Source: Chlorobium sp. (GTDB lineage: Bacteria > Bacteroidota > Chlorobiia > Chlorobiales > Chlorobiaceae). From it: a stretch of 64,000 bases of DNA. Positions within the stretch are counted from its first letter, which is position 1, and each line of letters opens with the position of its first letter. The DNA lies in contig JABMPC010000075.1 of the NCBI GenBank assembly GCA_013203905.1, forward strand, positions 43,483 through 107,482, in the 5' to 3' direction. The position numbers and the translations under genes were made by a program. This document shows, piece after piece, positions 52,287 through 63,369 of the stretch. Under the pieces are notes generated by a model. The model was not told where the DNA came from, ran no database searches, and saw only the letters and a program-made list of their open reading frames with translations.

Positions 52287-52374
52287 TGAAATACCTCACG
52301 CCCGTGGGGTTGAGTAGATGTAATGGGGGACATCTGCTCACAAAAAAAGCGGCTGAAAAGCCGCTTTTTTTTTT
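52287..52374 (+). ncRNA. candidate sigma-54-dependent small RNA (about 88 nt; ends predicted, not measured)
   Basis: The start is inferred about 12 nt downstream of the -12 GC. Three predicted stem-loops are present: a weak hairpin around 52295-52314, AGAUGU-AAUGGGGG-ACAUCU at 52316-52335, and the terminator hairpin plus U-run at 52348-52374. The only ATG is followed directly by TAA. Confidence 0.4.
52342..52374. terminator. bidirectional rho-independent terminator (mdh on the minus strand, candidate sRNA on the plus strand)
   Basis: AGCGGCT-GAAA-AGCCGCT is flanked by an A-run upstream and a T-run downstream. It lies about 20 nt after the mdh stop on the minus strand. Confidence 0.8.
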
Positions 52375-52392
52375 ATCTCTTTTTTCATTTCC

Positions 52393-53328
<936 letters not shown>

Positions 53329-53402
53329 TCAGATTTTAATGGTGTGTAAGCATAGATTTCGGCGGTGTTCGGAGTGGTTCTGGCCACAACTGGAAATTTC
53401 AT

Positions 53403-53432
53403 AAAAAAAGCCGTCTTATCAGGTAAGACGGC
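53403..53432 (-). terminator. rho-independent terminator after rplU-rpmA
   Basis: On the minus strand, GCCGTCTTA-CCTGA-TAAGACGGC is followed by a U-run (plus-strand A-run 53403-53409), about 40 nt after the rpmA stop. Confidence 0.75.
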
Positions 53433-53470
53433 TAATGAAAATATAACCTTATTTTTTGGGCAACCCAAAC

Positions 53471-53725
53471 TCAGGGAGCGATGATGTCCACCTGTTTTTT
53501 GTTGTTGCGGCCATTACGGAAGGTCACGACTCCGTCTTCAAGTGCAAAAATGGTATGGTCGCGTCCAATTCCGGCATTGACGCCCGGTTTGATGACGGTG
53601 CCTCTCTGGCGGAGAATGATAGTGCCTGCGGCTACGGTTGAGCCTCCGGCAGCTTTGACGCCGAGATATTTAGGGTTGCTGTCGCGGCCGTTTTTTGTTG
53701 ATCCGCCGCCTTTTTTATGTGCCAT
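53471..53725 (-). CDS. rpmA: 50S ribosomal protein L27
   Basis: 84 aa starting [24 protein letters not shown]. Confidence 0.96.
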   Translation of the reverse strand: MAHKKGGGSTKNGRDSNPKYLGVKAAGGSTVAAGTIILRQRGTVIKPGVNAGIGRDHTIFALEDGVVTFRNGRNNKKQVDIIAP

Positions 53726-53767
53726 GGGAAAAGATAAATTTTCGTTAAAAAATCCGTACAGCCCTCT

Positions 53768-54058
53768 TCAGAGCGAAACCACCTCAATCTGCGTCATCTG
53801 CTGACGGTGGCCGTTTCTTGACTGGTAGCGTTTCCTGCGTTTTTTCTTGAACACCACCACCTTGTCGTCCTTGACATGTCCAAGAACTTTTGCGGTAACG
53901 GTTTCGGCAGGATTCAGCACGGTGTTCGCGCCGTCAATGCGTGCCATGGAGGCAATTTCCATGGTGCCGCCAATGTCGGTTTTCTGTCTGGGCACGAAGA
54001 GCGTATCGCCTTTCTGCACCAGGTACTGCTTGTCGGAAATCTTGATCAGCGCCTGCAT
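53768..54058 (-). CDS. rplU: 50S ribosomal protein L21
   Basis: 96 aa ([22 protein letters not shown]...[10 protein letters not shown]), directly upstream of rpmA. Confidence 0.93.
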   Translation of the reverse strand: MQALIKISDKQYLVQKGDTLFVPRQKTDIGGTMEIASMARIDGANTVLNPAETVTAKVLGHVKDDKVVVFKKKRRKRYQSRNGHRQQMTQIEVVSL

Positions 54059-54312
54059 CTTGCTCGTATTATGATATTAATGATAAAGGTCTCAAATATA
54101 GTATTCTTTGCCTGAAGTTCAAATATCTTATCAACAAATTCACCCTCTAAAAGTAGAGTGCGGCAAAGAGGGTCATCAAGCCTTTCACGGGTTTGGTTAT
54201 TTGGGGGCGCGGCAGTAGTTTCATATTCTGCGCTTTTACACCCGTTTCCTCCTTTGCGGTATGCAGGGGGCGGGTTTGCGGGTTTTTTTCATCAACAGGG
54301 TCTGTTCGGGCA

Positions 54313-56937
54313 ATGGCAGCAAAAAAAAACGGGGCACCCAAAGAGCTCTCTCCCATGATGCGCCAGTATCTTGAGGTGAAGGAGCACTATGCCGATTACC
54401 TGCTGCTTTTCAGGGTCGGCGATTTTTACGAGACTTTTTTTGACGATGCGGCCACCATTTCTTCGGCCGTCAACATTGTTCTGACCCGCCGTTCAAACGG
54501 TTCGGCGCCGGACATTCCCATGGCGGGGTTTCCCTACCATGCCAGTGAGGGATACATTGCGCGCCTTGTCCGCAAGGGATTCAAGGTTGCGGTCTGTGAG
54601 CAGGTTGAGGATCCGGCTGAAGCCAAGGGCATTGTGCGGCGGGAGATTACCGATATTGTCACCCCGGGGGTAGCCTACAGTGACTCCATTCTTGAAGACC
54701 GCCACAACAACTATCTTGCTGCGGCTGCTTTTCTCAAAGAGGGGCGTACAATGGTTGCCGGCATCGCCTATCTTGATGTAACCACCGCTGAGTTCAAAAT
54801 AGCCTCGCTTTCTCCCGAATCACTTCGCGACACCATCCTCTCTCTCGGCCCTGCTGAGCTGCTTGTTGCAGCTTCTGAAAAGAGCCGTCTTGAAGCACTT
54901 GTACAGGGGTATTCATCGGGAATGCTCATTACCGGTCTTGATGATTGGATGTTCAGCGAAGAGCAGGCCGAAACGGTGCTTGCTCGCCAGTTCAAGACCC
55001 ATTCGCTCAAGGGTTTCGGCATTGAGGGCAACCGGGCCGGACGGGTAGCTGCCGGGGTTGTCCTGCAGTATCTCGATGAAACCCGCCAGAGCCGTAGGGC
55101 ATACATTACCCGGATTGCCGAGATGCAGGGCGGGGAGTTCATGACGCTGGACCTGCAAACAAAGCGCAATCTTGAGATTGTCTCATCAATGCAGGATGGT
55201 TCTGCGTATGGAAGTCTGCTGCAGGTGATGGACCGGACAGTCAACCCCATGGGCGCACGACTCATCCGACGCTGGCTGCAGCGGCCGCTGCGGGTTTTGG
55301 AAGCGATTGCTGAACGCCATGACGGTGTTGAAGAGTTGCTTCAGAGTCAGTCGCTTGCCGAGGGTGTACGAGGCTCTCTCTCTGAAATCAATGATCTTGA
55401 GCGCTCTCTGGCCCGGATTGCAACCTTCCGTACCACGCCCCGCGAAATGCTGCAGATGGGCCGTTCGCTGGCCCTTCTCCCGGTGCTCCGCGACATTCTT
55501 CTCCCGGCTCTTTCCGTTCGTCTCCGCTCTCTTGCAAACGCGCTTATGCCCCTGCCGGAACTGGTCTCGGAAATTGAACGGGCGGTCGACCCCGGGTGCG
55601 GGGCGGCAATGCGCGAGGGAGGTTATATCCGTTCGGGTTACCATGAGGAGCTTGATTTGCTCCGCGGTGTTTCTTCAACGGCAAAGGAGCGGCTGATGGA
55701 GATACAGCGCGAAGAGAGGGAACGGACTGGCATCTCTTCACTCAAAGTCCAGTACAACCGTGTATTCGGCTACTATATTGAAATAAGCCGGGCCAATATT
55801 GACCGCGTGCCAGAAGGGTATGAAAAAAAACAGACGCTGGTCAATGCGGAGCGTTATACCATACCTGCTCTGAAAGCGTATGAAGAGAAAATTCTCAATG
55901 CCGAGGAGAGAAGCGTCCGGATTGAAGCTGAGCTTTTTCAGGGGCTCTGTGCCGCCATAGCGGAGCAAGCCACCGCCATTCAGGAAAGTGCCCTTGCTCT
56001 TGCAGAAATCGATACACTCGCCTCTTTCGCCCTTTCAGCAAAGGAGTACGGGTACTGCAAGCCGGAGATGAAGGAGCATGAGGGACTTTTGATTACGGGC
56101 GGACGCCATCCGGTGCTTGAGCGCATCATGAAGCCCGACGAGCAGTTTGTGAAGAATGACTGTCATTTTGACGATCATCAGCGTATGCTGATGATAACAG
56201 GCCCGAATATGGCGGGTAAGAGCTCCTATCTCCGCCAGACGGGATTGATTGTGCTGCTTGCGCAGGCTGGCAGTTTCGTGCCGGCTGAACGGGCTGAAAT
56301 TGGAATGGTCGACCGCATTTTTACACGCGTCGGCGCTTCCGACAACCTTGCATCGGGCGAGAGCACTTTTCTTGTTGAAATGAACGAGGCTGCCAGCATT
56401 CTCAACAACGCCACCTCCTCAAGCCTGATTCTTCTGGATGAAATAGGGCGTGGAACCAGCACTTTTGATGGCATGTCGATTGCCTGGTCTATGTGTGAGT
56501 ACATTATTACCCGTCTTGGCGCCCGGACCCTGTTCGCCACCCATTATCATGAGCTCAGCGAGCTTGAAGAGCGTCTGCCGGGCGTGGTCAATTACAACGC
56601 CACCGTTGTTGAGAGCAAAGAGCGGGTGATTTTCCTCCGCAAAATTGTCAGGGGTTCAACCGACAACAGCTATGGTATAGAGGTTGCCAGAATGGCCGGT
56701 ATGCCGAATGAGGTTATTTGCCGGGCGCGCGAAATCATGTCGGGGCTTGAAAAGAAGGATGTTTCCTTCGCTGACCGTTCACTCTCTGTTCAGGAAAGCA
56801 TGCAGATCAGCCTGTTTGATGAAGTTGAGTCGCGGCTGCAGAAAGCGCTGAAGAATATCGATCTGGAACGGCTCACTCCCATTGAAGCGTTGCTTGAGCT
56901 TGATAAACTTCAGAAGCTGCTTGGCGGGCGAAGCTGA
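54313..56937 (+). CDS. mutS: DNA mismatch repair protein MutS
   Basis: The start is trimmed to [24 protein letters not shown] (ATG at 54313). Motifs: GDFYETF and Walker [16 protein letters not shown], then [12 protein letters not shown]. Confidence 0.93.
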   Translation: MAAKKNGAPKELSPMMRQYLEVKEHYADYLLLFRVGDFYETFFDDAATISSAVNIVLTRRSNGSAPDIPMAGFPYHASEGYIARLVRKGFKVAVCEQVEDPAEAKGIVRREITDIVTPGVAYSDSILEDRHNNYLAAAAFLKEGRTMVAGIAYLDVTTAEFKIASLSPESLRDTILSLGPAELLVAASEKSRLEALVQGYSSGMLITGLDDWMFSEEQAETVLARQFKTHSLKGFGIEGNRAGRVAAGVVLQYLDETRQSRRAYITRIAEMQGGEFMTLDLQTKRNLEIVSSMQDGSAYGSLLQVMDRTVNPMGARLIRRWLQRPLRVLEAIAERHDGVEELLQSQSLAEGVRGSLSEINDLERSLARIATFRTTPREMLQMGRSLALLPVLRDILLPALSVRLRSLANALMPLPELVSEIERAVDPGCGAAMREGGYIRSGYHEELDLLRGVSSTAKERLMEIQREERERTGISSLKVQYNRVFGYYIEISRANIDRVPEGYEKKQTLVNAERYTIPALKAYEEKILNAEERSVRIEAELFQGLCAAIAEQATAIQESALALAEIDTLASFALSAKEYGYCKPEMKEHEGLLITGGRHPVLERIMKPDEQFVKNDCHFDDHQRMLMITGPNMAGKSSYLRQTGLIVLLAQAGSFVPAERAEIGMVDRIFTRVGASDNLASGESTFLVEMNEAASILNNATSSSLILLDEIGRGTSTFDGMSIAWSMCEYIITRLGARTLFATHYHELSELEERLPGVVNYNATVVESKERVIFLRKIVRGSTDNSYGIEVARMAGMPNEVICRAREIMSGLEKKDVSFADRSLSVQESMQISLFDEVESRLQKALKNIDLERLTPIEALLELDKLQKLLGGRS

Positions 56938-56975
56938 GCCGGTACCCTATGGAGTTGCAGGGAAGTCGGTGGCTC

Positions 56976-58733
56976 TCAGTTCATTGAAAGAATTTCCTCT
57001 TCGAGAAGCTGCTGGTTGTAGAGCTCCAGATAGAGCTCTCCCCTGGCAAGAAGTTCTTCGTGGGTTCCGCTTTCGGCAATGCTGCCCTCACTCAGCACCA
57101 TGATGCGGTCGCAGTTTTTGACGGTGGAAATCCTGTGGCTTATGAGGATGACCGTTGTGTCGGGGAGACGGTTGAGCAGAGCATCAAACAGGCGGGCTTC
57201 GGTGCCGGTGTCGACTGCCGAGAGAGCGTCGTCGAGCACAAGAATGCGGGGGGCCCATGCAATTGCCCTGGCAATGCAGGCGCGTTGTTTCTGGCCTCCG
57301 GAGAGATTTATCCCTTTTTCGCCCAGCATGGTTTCAAAAGCGTCCGGGAACTCCTCTATTTCCTCGTGGAGCATTGCCGAACGACTTGCGGCAATGACCT
57401 CGTCAAGTGTGCTTTCACGGCTTCCCCAGCCGATGTTGTTTGCGATGGTGTCGGAGAAAAGAAAGTTGATTTGCGGGACAAATCCGATGAGTTCCCGGAG
57501 GGCTCCTATCGGCATGCTGCGAATGTCTTTTCCGTCGAGAAGTATGGCGCCCCCCGTGGGTTCATACAGCCGCGGGATGAGGTTGACCAGAGAGGTTTTT
57601 CCGGAACCGGTTGCGCCGACAATCGCAGTTTTGGAGCCAGCCTCTATCGTGAAGGATACATCGCTCAAAATCTCTCCGCTATCGGCTCCGGGATAGCTGA
57701 AGCTGATATGTTCAAAAGCAAGGGTGCCCCGGAAGTCTGCTGATTGGCTCTTGGCGCTCTCTGCGTTTTGTTCGTTTTCGTCTGGTTTCATGGCGAAAAT
57801 TTCATCAATCCTTGCCTGTGCTGACGAAGCTTTCTGGATGATGCTGGTTACCCAGCCTATGGAGATTATGGGCCAGCTCAGCATGGTGACATACACAATG
57901 AACTGCGCTATGCCCCCGATGCTCATACTTCCTTCAATCACATTGATTCCGCCTATCCAGACGACCGGGAGGAGGGAGAAGGCGGTCAGGGCTGTAAGAA
58001 AAGCAAAAAAAAGTGCCTGCAGTTTCCCGAGTGAGAGATTTTTGGTGTAATATTGTTGGTTGAGCTTTTCGAATCGGCTGATTTCAAAGAGTTCGCGGGT
58101 ATAACTTTTGACTATCCGTATGCCTGAAAGGTTTTCCTGTACAAGATTGGTTATTCCTGCGTAGCTCTCCTGAATGCTTTTGGTCCGCTTCTGCATCGAC
58201 TGACCTATCCTGTAGACCGACCAGCTCAGAAGCGGTGCGGGAAGGAGGGCAAAGAAGGTGAGTTTTGGTGAAAGGGCGATCATGGCCACAAGGGCAAAGA
58301 GAAGCCGAAAGAAAGTGTTGAGGGAGTACATAATGCCCGGACCGAGAAAATCCCGTACGGCATTCAGGTCATTGGTTCCGCGGGAGATGAGTTCGCCGGT
58401 GCTGGTTGTGTTGTAAAAGCGCCGTGGGAGTTTCTCGAGGTGGCGGAAGTAGTCGTTTTTCAGGTCATACTCAATATGGCGGGAGGCCACGATGATATTC
58501 TGGCGGACGAGAAAGAGAAAAAATCCGCTCACAAGAGCAAAGAGAACATAGAGTCCGGCGTTCAGGGCAACATCCTCAATGAGGAACGGTCCGGTCATGG
58601 TGTCTATGGCAATGCGGATATAACGGGGTCCGGCAACAGCAAAAAAGTTGGTGAGGATGATGAAGAAAAATCCGGCAAGCAGATTTTTCCAATACCTGAA
58701 GAGGTAGGGTTTCAGGCTGAGTAAATTTTTCAT
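56976..58733 (-). CDS. ABC transporter, fused permease/ATP-binding protein (MsbA/exporter type)
   Basis: 585 aa with a six-TM N-domain, Walker A GATGSGKTS, signature LSGGQKQR and Walker B ILVLDDA. Confidence 0.85.
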   Translation of the reverse strand: MKNLLSLKPYLFRYWKNLLAGFFFIILTNFFAVAGPRYIRIAIDTMTGPFLIEDVALNAGLYVLFALVSGFFLFLVRQNIIVASRHIEYDLKNDYFRHLEKLPRRFYNTTSTGELISRGTNDLNAVRDFLGPGIMYSLNTFFRLLFALVAMIALSPKLTFFALLPAPLLSWSVYRIGQSMQKRTKSIQESYAGITNLVQENLSGIRIVKSYTRELFEISRFEKLNQQYYTKNLSLGKLQALFFAFLTALTAFSLLPVVWIGGINVIEGSMSIGGIAQFIVYVTMLSWPIISIGWVTSIIQKASSAQARIDEIFAMKPDENEQNAESAKSQSADFRGTLAFEHISFSYPGADSGEILSDVSFTIEAGSKTAIVGATGSGKTSLVNLIPRLYEPTGGAILLDGKDIRSMPIGALRELIGFVPQINFLFSDTIANNIGWGSRESTLDEVIAASRSAMLHEEIEEFPDAFETMLGEKGINLSGGQKQRACIARAIAWAPRILVLDDALSAVDTGTEARLFDALLNRLPDTTVILISHRISTVKNCDRIMVLSEGSIAESGTHEELLARGELYLELYNQQLLEEEILSMN

Positions 58734-58814
58734 CCGTCAAGGGTTTTTGATGTGACGGTTGTAATGTATAATAAGTAACAGGAAATCAAAATACCCTCAT
58801 ATTCCGGGAGGCTT

Positions 58815-59216
58815 ATGGTGTTTGAAACAACAAAAAACTATTACTCCATCGGCGAAGTGTCGAGAATTGCGGGGGTTCCCGCTTATCTGCTCCGCTACTG
58901 GGAGACCTTTTTCACCGAACTCCGACCGGCACGCGATACCCGTGGAAATCGCCGGTACACGAACCGCGACATGGCGTTGGTGCTTAAAATCAAGGAACTT
59001 GTTCATGAGCAGGGATACCGGCTGAAGAAGGCAGGCAATATTCTTAAAGGGGAGGAGCCTTCACGGGAGGACGATCATAAAACCGCACAGATTCTGAGGC
59101 TTCAGAAGGAGATGGGGCAGACTCAGAAAGAGAATCGGCTCGTGGGGCAGCGCCGTGAGGGTCTGCTGCGGGAGATAAAGTCGGAAATTGAGGATATTCT
59201 CCAGCTGCTCGGATAG
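58815..59216 (+). CDS. MerR family transcriptional regulator
   Basis: 133 aa with YYSIGEVSRIAGVPAYLLRYWETFF...RGNRRYTNRDMALVLKIKELV, then a charged coiled-coil tail. Confidence 0.8.
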   Translation: MVFETTKNYYSIGEVSRIAGVPAYLLRYWETFFTELRPARDTRGNRRYTNRDMALVLKIKELVHEQGYRLKKAGNILKGEEPSREDDHKTAQILRLQKEMGQTQKENRLVGQRREGLLREIKSEIEDILQLLG

Positions 59217-59239
59217 TCTGGGGTTTTGGGTGGGGGAAC

Positions 59240-59270
59240 AAAAAAAGACCGGCTTTCACCGGTCTTTTTT
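59240..59270. terminator. bidirectional rho-independent terminator between the MerR gene and fmoA
   Basis: GACCGG-CTTTCA-CCGGTC is flanked by an A-run and a T-run. It lies 24 nt after the MerR stop and 22 nt after the fmoA stop. Confidence 0.8.
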
Positions 59271-59291
59271 ATGGTCTTTTTTCAGCCAGTC

Positions 59292-60392
59292 TTACTGAGC
59301 ATAGAGGACTTCAAACTGTCCTGTTCCGCCTTTGCATACATGCTCAACCCAACGGGCATATGCGCCACCGCTCCAGCGGTACTCTTCAAGATTCTGTGAG
59401 CGGAACTGAGGTGCCGCATAACGGATCTTGTAGCCTTTCGGGAGAACAATCTTGAGCTGCGTGTCTACCGTAAAGTCGTTGAATTTTCCGACCATGCCGT
59501 GGTGAACCAGCGGAATGAGCGGATGGTTGAGGATTCTGCGGAGTCCGCCGCCTGCGTCTACAGAAACGCCGGGGAAGTCGCCGTCAACCTTGACTTCGAT
59601 GCCCTGTGAGTCTGAGCGGAATGCCGCCTCAACAGAAGCAGGACGATTCAGTTTGTCGGCAGGGAAAAGCTCGGCCCAGCGGGCGATGGAGTCAACAATA
59701 CCGGAGCCGCCATGGGAGAAGCGCCAGCGAGTTACGCCGACAGGGCCTTTTTCTCCACTCTGTGTGCCGATGCTGTTGACTTCGATCTTGGAAATTCTCT
59801 GGCCGCCTTCGTTCAGTGCGGTAAAGGCAGGTCCGATGAACCAGAACTCACGGATCCAGTCATTGAAAGCGCCTGTTGTCTGCATGGAACGCATGGTGCC
59901 TTCCCAGGTGTCGATGACATCGGGGTTGTCGAGAGGCACTTTCATGATGATGTCGTGGAACTGACGCCCCTGCATGTAAATGGGGTTGGGGACATTGCGT
60001 TTGACCGCGTCTGAGCGGTAGTAGAACAGATTGACTACCGAACCTTCAAAAGAGAAGGAGTGGGAGAAATCACCAACGGTCACGGAACCCTCGCCGACAC
60101 AGATCCGTCTTTCGCTGGTTTCATTGGCTATGTCAGCCTCAACCACCAGCTTGTTCTTGGTGCTGTCCACTATGGACTCAATAACTGCCGAGAACCGTAC
60201 GAAACCTTTTGCGGGATCCAGAGGTTTCACATTGATCTTGACATTACAGTCAGCAGGCAACAGGGGAAGAGCCGGCGGAACATTCACTTTTGCCCTGGCT
60301 TTGACCTTGCCCCACGAGCTGGCACCGCCTTCGAGTACGATTTCGTAGTCGGAGTGTGCGGTGGTTGCGTCTTTAGTGCCGAAAAGAGCCAT
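59292..60392 (-). CDS. fmoA: bacteriochlorophyll a protein (Fenna-Matthews-Olson protein)
   Basis: 366 aa. From MALFGTKDATTAHSDYEIVLEGG to WSGGAYARWVEHVCKGGTGQFEVLYAQ it is colinear with the FMO sequences of Chlorobaculum and Prosthecochloris as I remember them. Confidence 0.97.
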   Translation of the reverse strand: MALFGTKDATTAHSDYEIVLEGGASSWGKVKARAKVNVPPALPLLPADCNVKINVKPLDPAKGFVRFSAVIESIVDSTKNKLVVEADIANETSERRICVGEGSVTVGDFSHSFSFEGSVVNLFYYRSDAVKRNVPNPIYMQGRQFHDIIMKVPLDNPDVIDTWEGTMRSMQTTGAFNDWIREFWFIGPAFTALNEGGQRISKIEVNSIGTQSGEKGPVGVTRWRFSHGGSGIVDSIARWAELFPADKLNRPASVEAAFRSDSQGIEVKVDGDFPGVSVDAGGGLRRILNHPLIPLVHHGMVGKFNDFTVDTQLKIVLPKGYKIRYAAPQFRSQNLEEYRWSGGAYARWVEHVCKGGTGQFEVLYAQ

Positions 60393-60626
60393 AATGATTT
60401 CTCCTTTTTCTGATGGCGTTGAAATTGGATATTTTCAGGAGTCGGGAACTTCTTTCGCATACTCCTGTTAAATAACAGCTTGAAAGAAATTTAAAGAATA
60501 TTATTCAATATATAAAGCAAAATATCTTCGGCTTGTTTATCTCTTCCTCTTGACTATTGTATAATTTTCCCTGGGTTTCCTTTGTTTCTGCTGTGTTCGG
60601 CTTTCCGCAATGCTCATATTTTTGTG

Positions 60627-62249
60627 ATGTCCCTTTTCTTTCAGACCGTTGGCGGGTTCCGTAGCTCGGCTCAGAGGGCGCCTCTTTTGAGTGGTCTGCT
60701 TCTTGGAGCCTCCTTCCCTTCCTATCCCTTCGTTCGCCTTGAAATGCTTGCCTGGGTTGCTCTGGTTCCTCTTCTCCTTTCTCTGGTGGATGTCCGCCGG
60801 GCGGGCGATTTTTTCAGGAGGGTTTATGCCGCCATGGTTCTTTACTGCATCATTTCCCTTTGGTGGGTCTCTTTGGCGACCCTCCCCGGGGGAATACTGA
60901 CCATTCTGGCCCAGGCTTTTTTTCTCACCGTGCCCTTCATGCTCTTTTTTGCATTCAGCAGGATGGCCGGTTTTTTCTATGCTCTCTTTGCCCTTCCATT
61001 CGTTCAGGTCGGGTGGGAGTGGCTCTACATGGAGCAGGAGCTCTCTCTCGGGTGGCTGACATTCGGCAATTCACAGGCGCTGCTTACCCCGATGGTGCAG
61101 TATGCCGATATGACGGGAGTCTGGGGAGTGAGTTTTTGGCTCTACTGTTTCAATGCGCTGGCCGTTGCCGCCCTCTATGCCCCGAAGGGTCGCCGGCTCC
61201 GCTATCTCGTGCCGCTACCTGTTATGGTGGCATTGCCGCTCCTCTATGGCGTAATGGTCATGAATGCTGAAAACGAAGTGCCGGGGAACTCCGTGCGCAT
61301 CAGTCTGGTACAGCCAAACCTCAACCCTGTGGACAAATGGGAGAGACTTGGCGCAGTTGAAACCCTTGCTCTTCACTCGCAGATGACGGAGGAGGTTGCT
61401 GAAGTGGAGCATCCCGATCTGGTTATCTGGCCGGAAACCGCCATATCCTTTCCACTCCTTGAGGCTCACAACAGTGAGTATTACCGTTTTCTTTCTCGCT
61501 CTACAGGCGCTTGGAACGCGGCCCTTCTCTCTGGATTTACCGATATTGTCCGGGTGCCTTCCGGGGGCACTCTCCCTTCTGGCGGGCCGGGGAAACAGGA
61601 TCCCCTCACCGGAATGGCAGTTGAGTCGTACAATGCCGCCCTCATGCTTTCACCCCGCAGTGACAGTGTGCAGGTGTACAGGAAGGCCCGGCTCGTGCCG
61701 TTTGCCGAACGGGTTCCCTATTCGGGACAGCTGCCCTGGCTTGAGAATCTGAGTTTCTCGCTCACCGGAGCCGGGAGTTGGGGACGCGGACCCGGAGCCA
61801 CCCTGATGACAATGCAGACTGAAGAAGGAGAGAGTGTGGCGTTGGCCAATATTATCTGTTATGAATCCATTTTTCCCGGGTTTGTGTCACTGTTTGTTAA
61901 GCAGGGCGCCGGGCTGTTGACGCTGGTGACCAATGACGGCTGGTATGGAACTTCCTATGGCCCATGGCAGCATCTTGCTATCGGACGGTTCCGCTGCATT
62001 GAAAACCGGAGGGCGATGGCGCGTTGCGCCAATACGGGAGTGAGCGCCTTTATTGACCGGTTCGGCCGCATTACGGGTGAGCTGCCCTGGTGGAAGAGGG
62101 GGGTGCTGACTCGGGATGTGCCTTTGGAGCGGGAGCTCAGCTTCTATTCCCGATGGCCGGATCTTCTGCCGAAAGCCTCGCTTCTCATGACGGTGGTTCT
62201 CTTTGCTATTGCTTTCCGGAGAAGGGTTCTTAGAGGCCGTAGCGTTTGA
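60627..62249 (+). CDS. lnt: apolipoprotein N-acyltransferase
   Basis: The first ATG in frame is at 60627; the track start at 60582 is TTG. The protein has a polytopic N-domain plus a CN-hydrolase domain ([28 protein letters not shown]). Confidence 0.85.
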   Translation: MSLFFQTVGGFRSSAQRAPLLSGLLLGASFPSYPFVRLEMLAWVALVPLLLSLVDVRRAGDFFRRVYAAMVLYCIISLWWVSLATLPGGILTILAQAFFLTVPFMLFFAFSRMAGFFYALFALPFVQVGWEWLYMEQELSLGWLTFGNSQALLTPMVQYADMTGVWGVSFWLYCFNALAVAALYAPKGRRLRYLVPLPVMVALPLLYGVMVMNAENEVPGNSVRISLVQPNLNPVDKWERLGAVETLALHSQMTEEVAEVEHPDLVIWPETAISFPLLEAHNSEYYRFLSRSTGAWNAALLSGFTDIVRVPSGGTLPSGGPGKQDPLTGMAVESYNAALMLSPRSDSVQVYRKARLVPFAERVPYSGQLPWLENLSFSLTGAGSWGRGPGATLMTMQTEEGESVALANIICYESIFPGFVSLFVKQGAGLLTLVTNDGWYGTSYGPWQHLAIGRFRCIENRRAMARCANTGVSAFIDRFGRITGELPWWKRGVLTRDVPLERELSFYSRWPDLLPKASLLMTVVLFAIAFRRRVLRGRSV

Positions 62250-63369
62250 TTTTTCGGTAGAGAGTCCTCTCTGTAGTGCCGAGTGCCGCAGCCGCCTTTT
62301 TTTTATTTCCTCCACAACTGTTGATGGCCTCCATGATGGTCTTTTTTTCCGCATCGTCAAGTGAGGGTGGCGCAGCTGCAGGTGCCGGGTCGGGTTCGGC
62401 AATCGAAGGGGGGACAGGGCGCTGCGAGGGGTCGGGCAGGAGAAACTTGGCTGGTTGTGGCTGTTGGCCCGCTTCGGCAAGCTGCTGGACCATGTGCCGT
62501 ATGTCGCTTACCTCCTGGCGAAGCTGAATAAGGCTGCTGTAGAGAAGCTGCAGCTCATTTTTTTCAGAGCGGACGGGGTCGTGCACCAGACTTTTGAATC
62601 GGCTGCGCTGGACAAGGTGTTTGTCAAGAATTCCCGAAGTTATCTCCTGTCCTTTTTCAAGAACCAGAAGCGATTCGACAAGGTTGCGCAGTTCGCGTAC
62701 ATTGCCCGGCCATGGGTAGCGCAGCAGCATTTCCGTGGCATCGGGAGTGAATCCTTCAAAGGGAATAGTGTGTTTCTGCTGGAACTCTAGGACGAAGTGC
62801 TCAATGAGCAACAGAATGTCGCGGCCGCGTTCCCTGAGCGGGGGAATCTGGAGTTCCACGCTACGCAACCGGTAATAGAGATCCTCACGGAAATTACGGT
62901 CCGCAACCGCCTGCATGAGGTTTTTGTTGGTGGCCGCGATGATGCGGGTGTCGGAGTAGATGGTTGATGAGGCCCCTACCCTCTGGAACTCTCCGTTCTC
63001 AATGACGCGGAGGAATTTGACCTGGGTTTCAAGTGACATCTCCCCGATTTCGTCAAGAAAAATCGAGCCTCTGTCGGCAGTTTCGAAATAGCCTTTCCTT
63101 CCCTGAACGGCTCCGGTAAAGGCTCCTTTTTCATGACCGAAGAGCTCTGATTCAAGAATGCCCGTGGGGATGGCTCCGCAGTTGACGGGGATGAAGCTTT
63201 TTTCTGCCCGTCGGCTGTGCTTGTGGATGAATCGTGCGAGGACCTCTTTTCCCGATCCGGTTTCCCCTGTAATAAGGACGGTGATGTCAGTTTCTGCCAC
63301 CTGAAGTGCAAACTGACGGAGTCGCTCCATTACATCGCTTGCGCCAATGATATCTATGTCCGGTTTCAT
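62230..63369 (-). CDS. sigma-54-dependent transcriptional activator lacking an N-terminal sensory/receiver domain
   Basis: 379 aa. The AAA+ core begins about 25 residues from the N-terminus ([30 protein letters not shown]). A Pro-rich linker and a Fis-type HTH follow ([27 protein letters not shown]). Confidence 0.85.
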   Translation of the reverse strand: MKPDIDIIGASDVMERLRQFALQVAETDITVLITGETGSGKEVLARFIHKHSRRAEKSFIPVNCGAIPTGILESELFGHEKGAFTGAVQGRKGYFETADRGSIFLDEIGEMSLETQVKFLRVIENGEFQRVGASSTIYSDTRIIAATNKNLMQAVADRNFREDLYYRLRSVELQIPPLRERGRDILLLIEHFVLEFQQKHTIPFEGFTPDATEMLLRYPWPGNVRELRNLVESLLVLEKGQEITSGILDKHLVQRSRFKSLVHDPVRSEKNELQLLYSSLIQLRQEVSDIRHMVQQLAEAGQQPQPAKFLLPDPSQRPVPPSIAEPDPAPAAAPPSLDDAEKKTIMEAINSCGGNKKKAAAALGTTERTLYRKIKRYGL

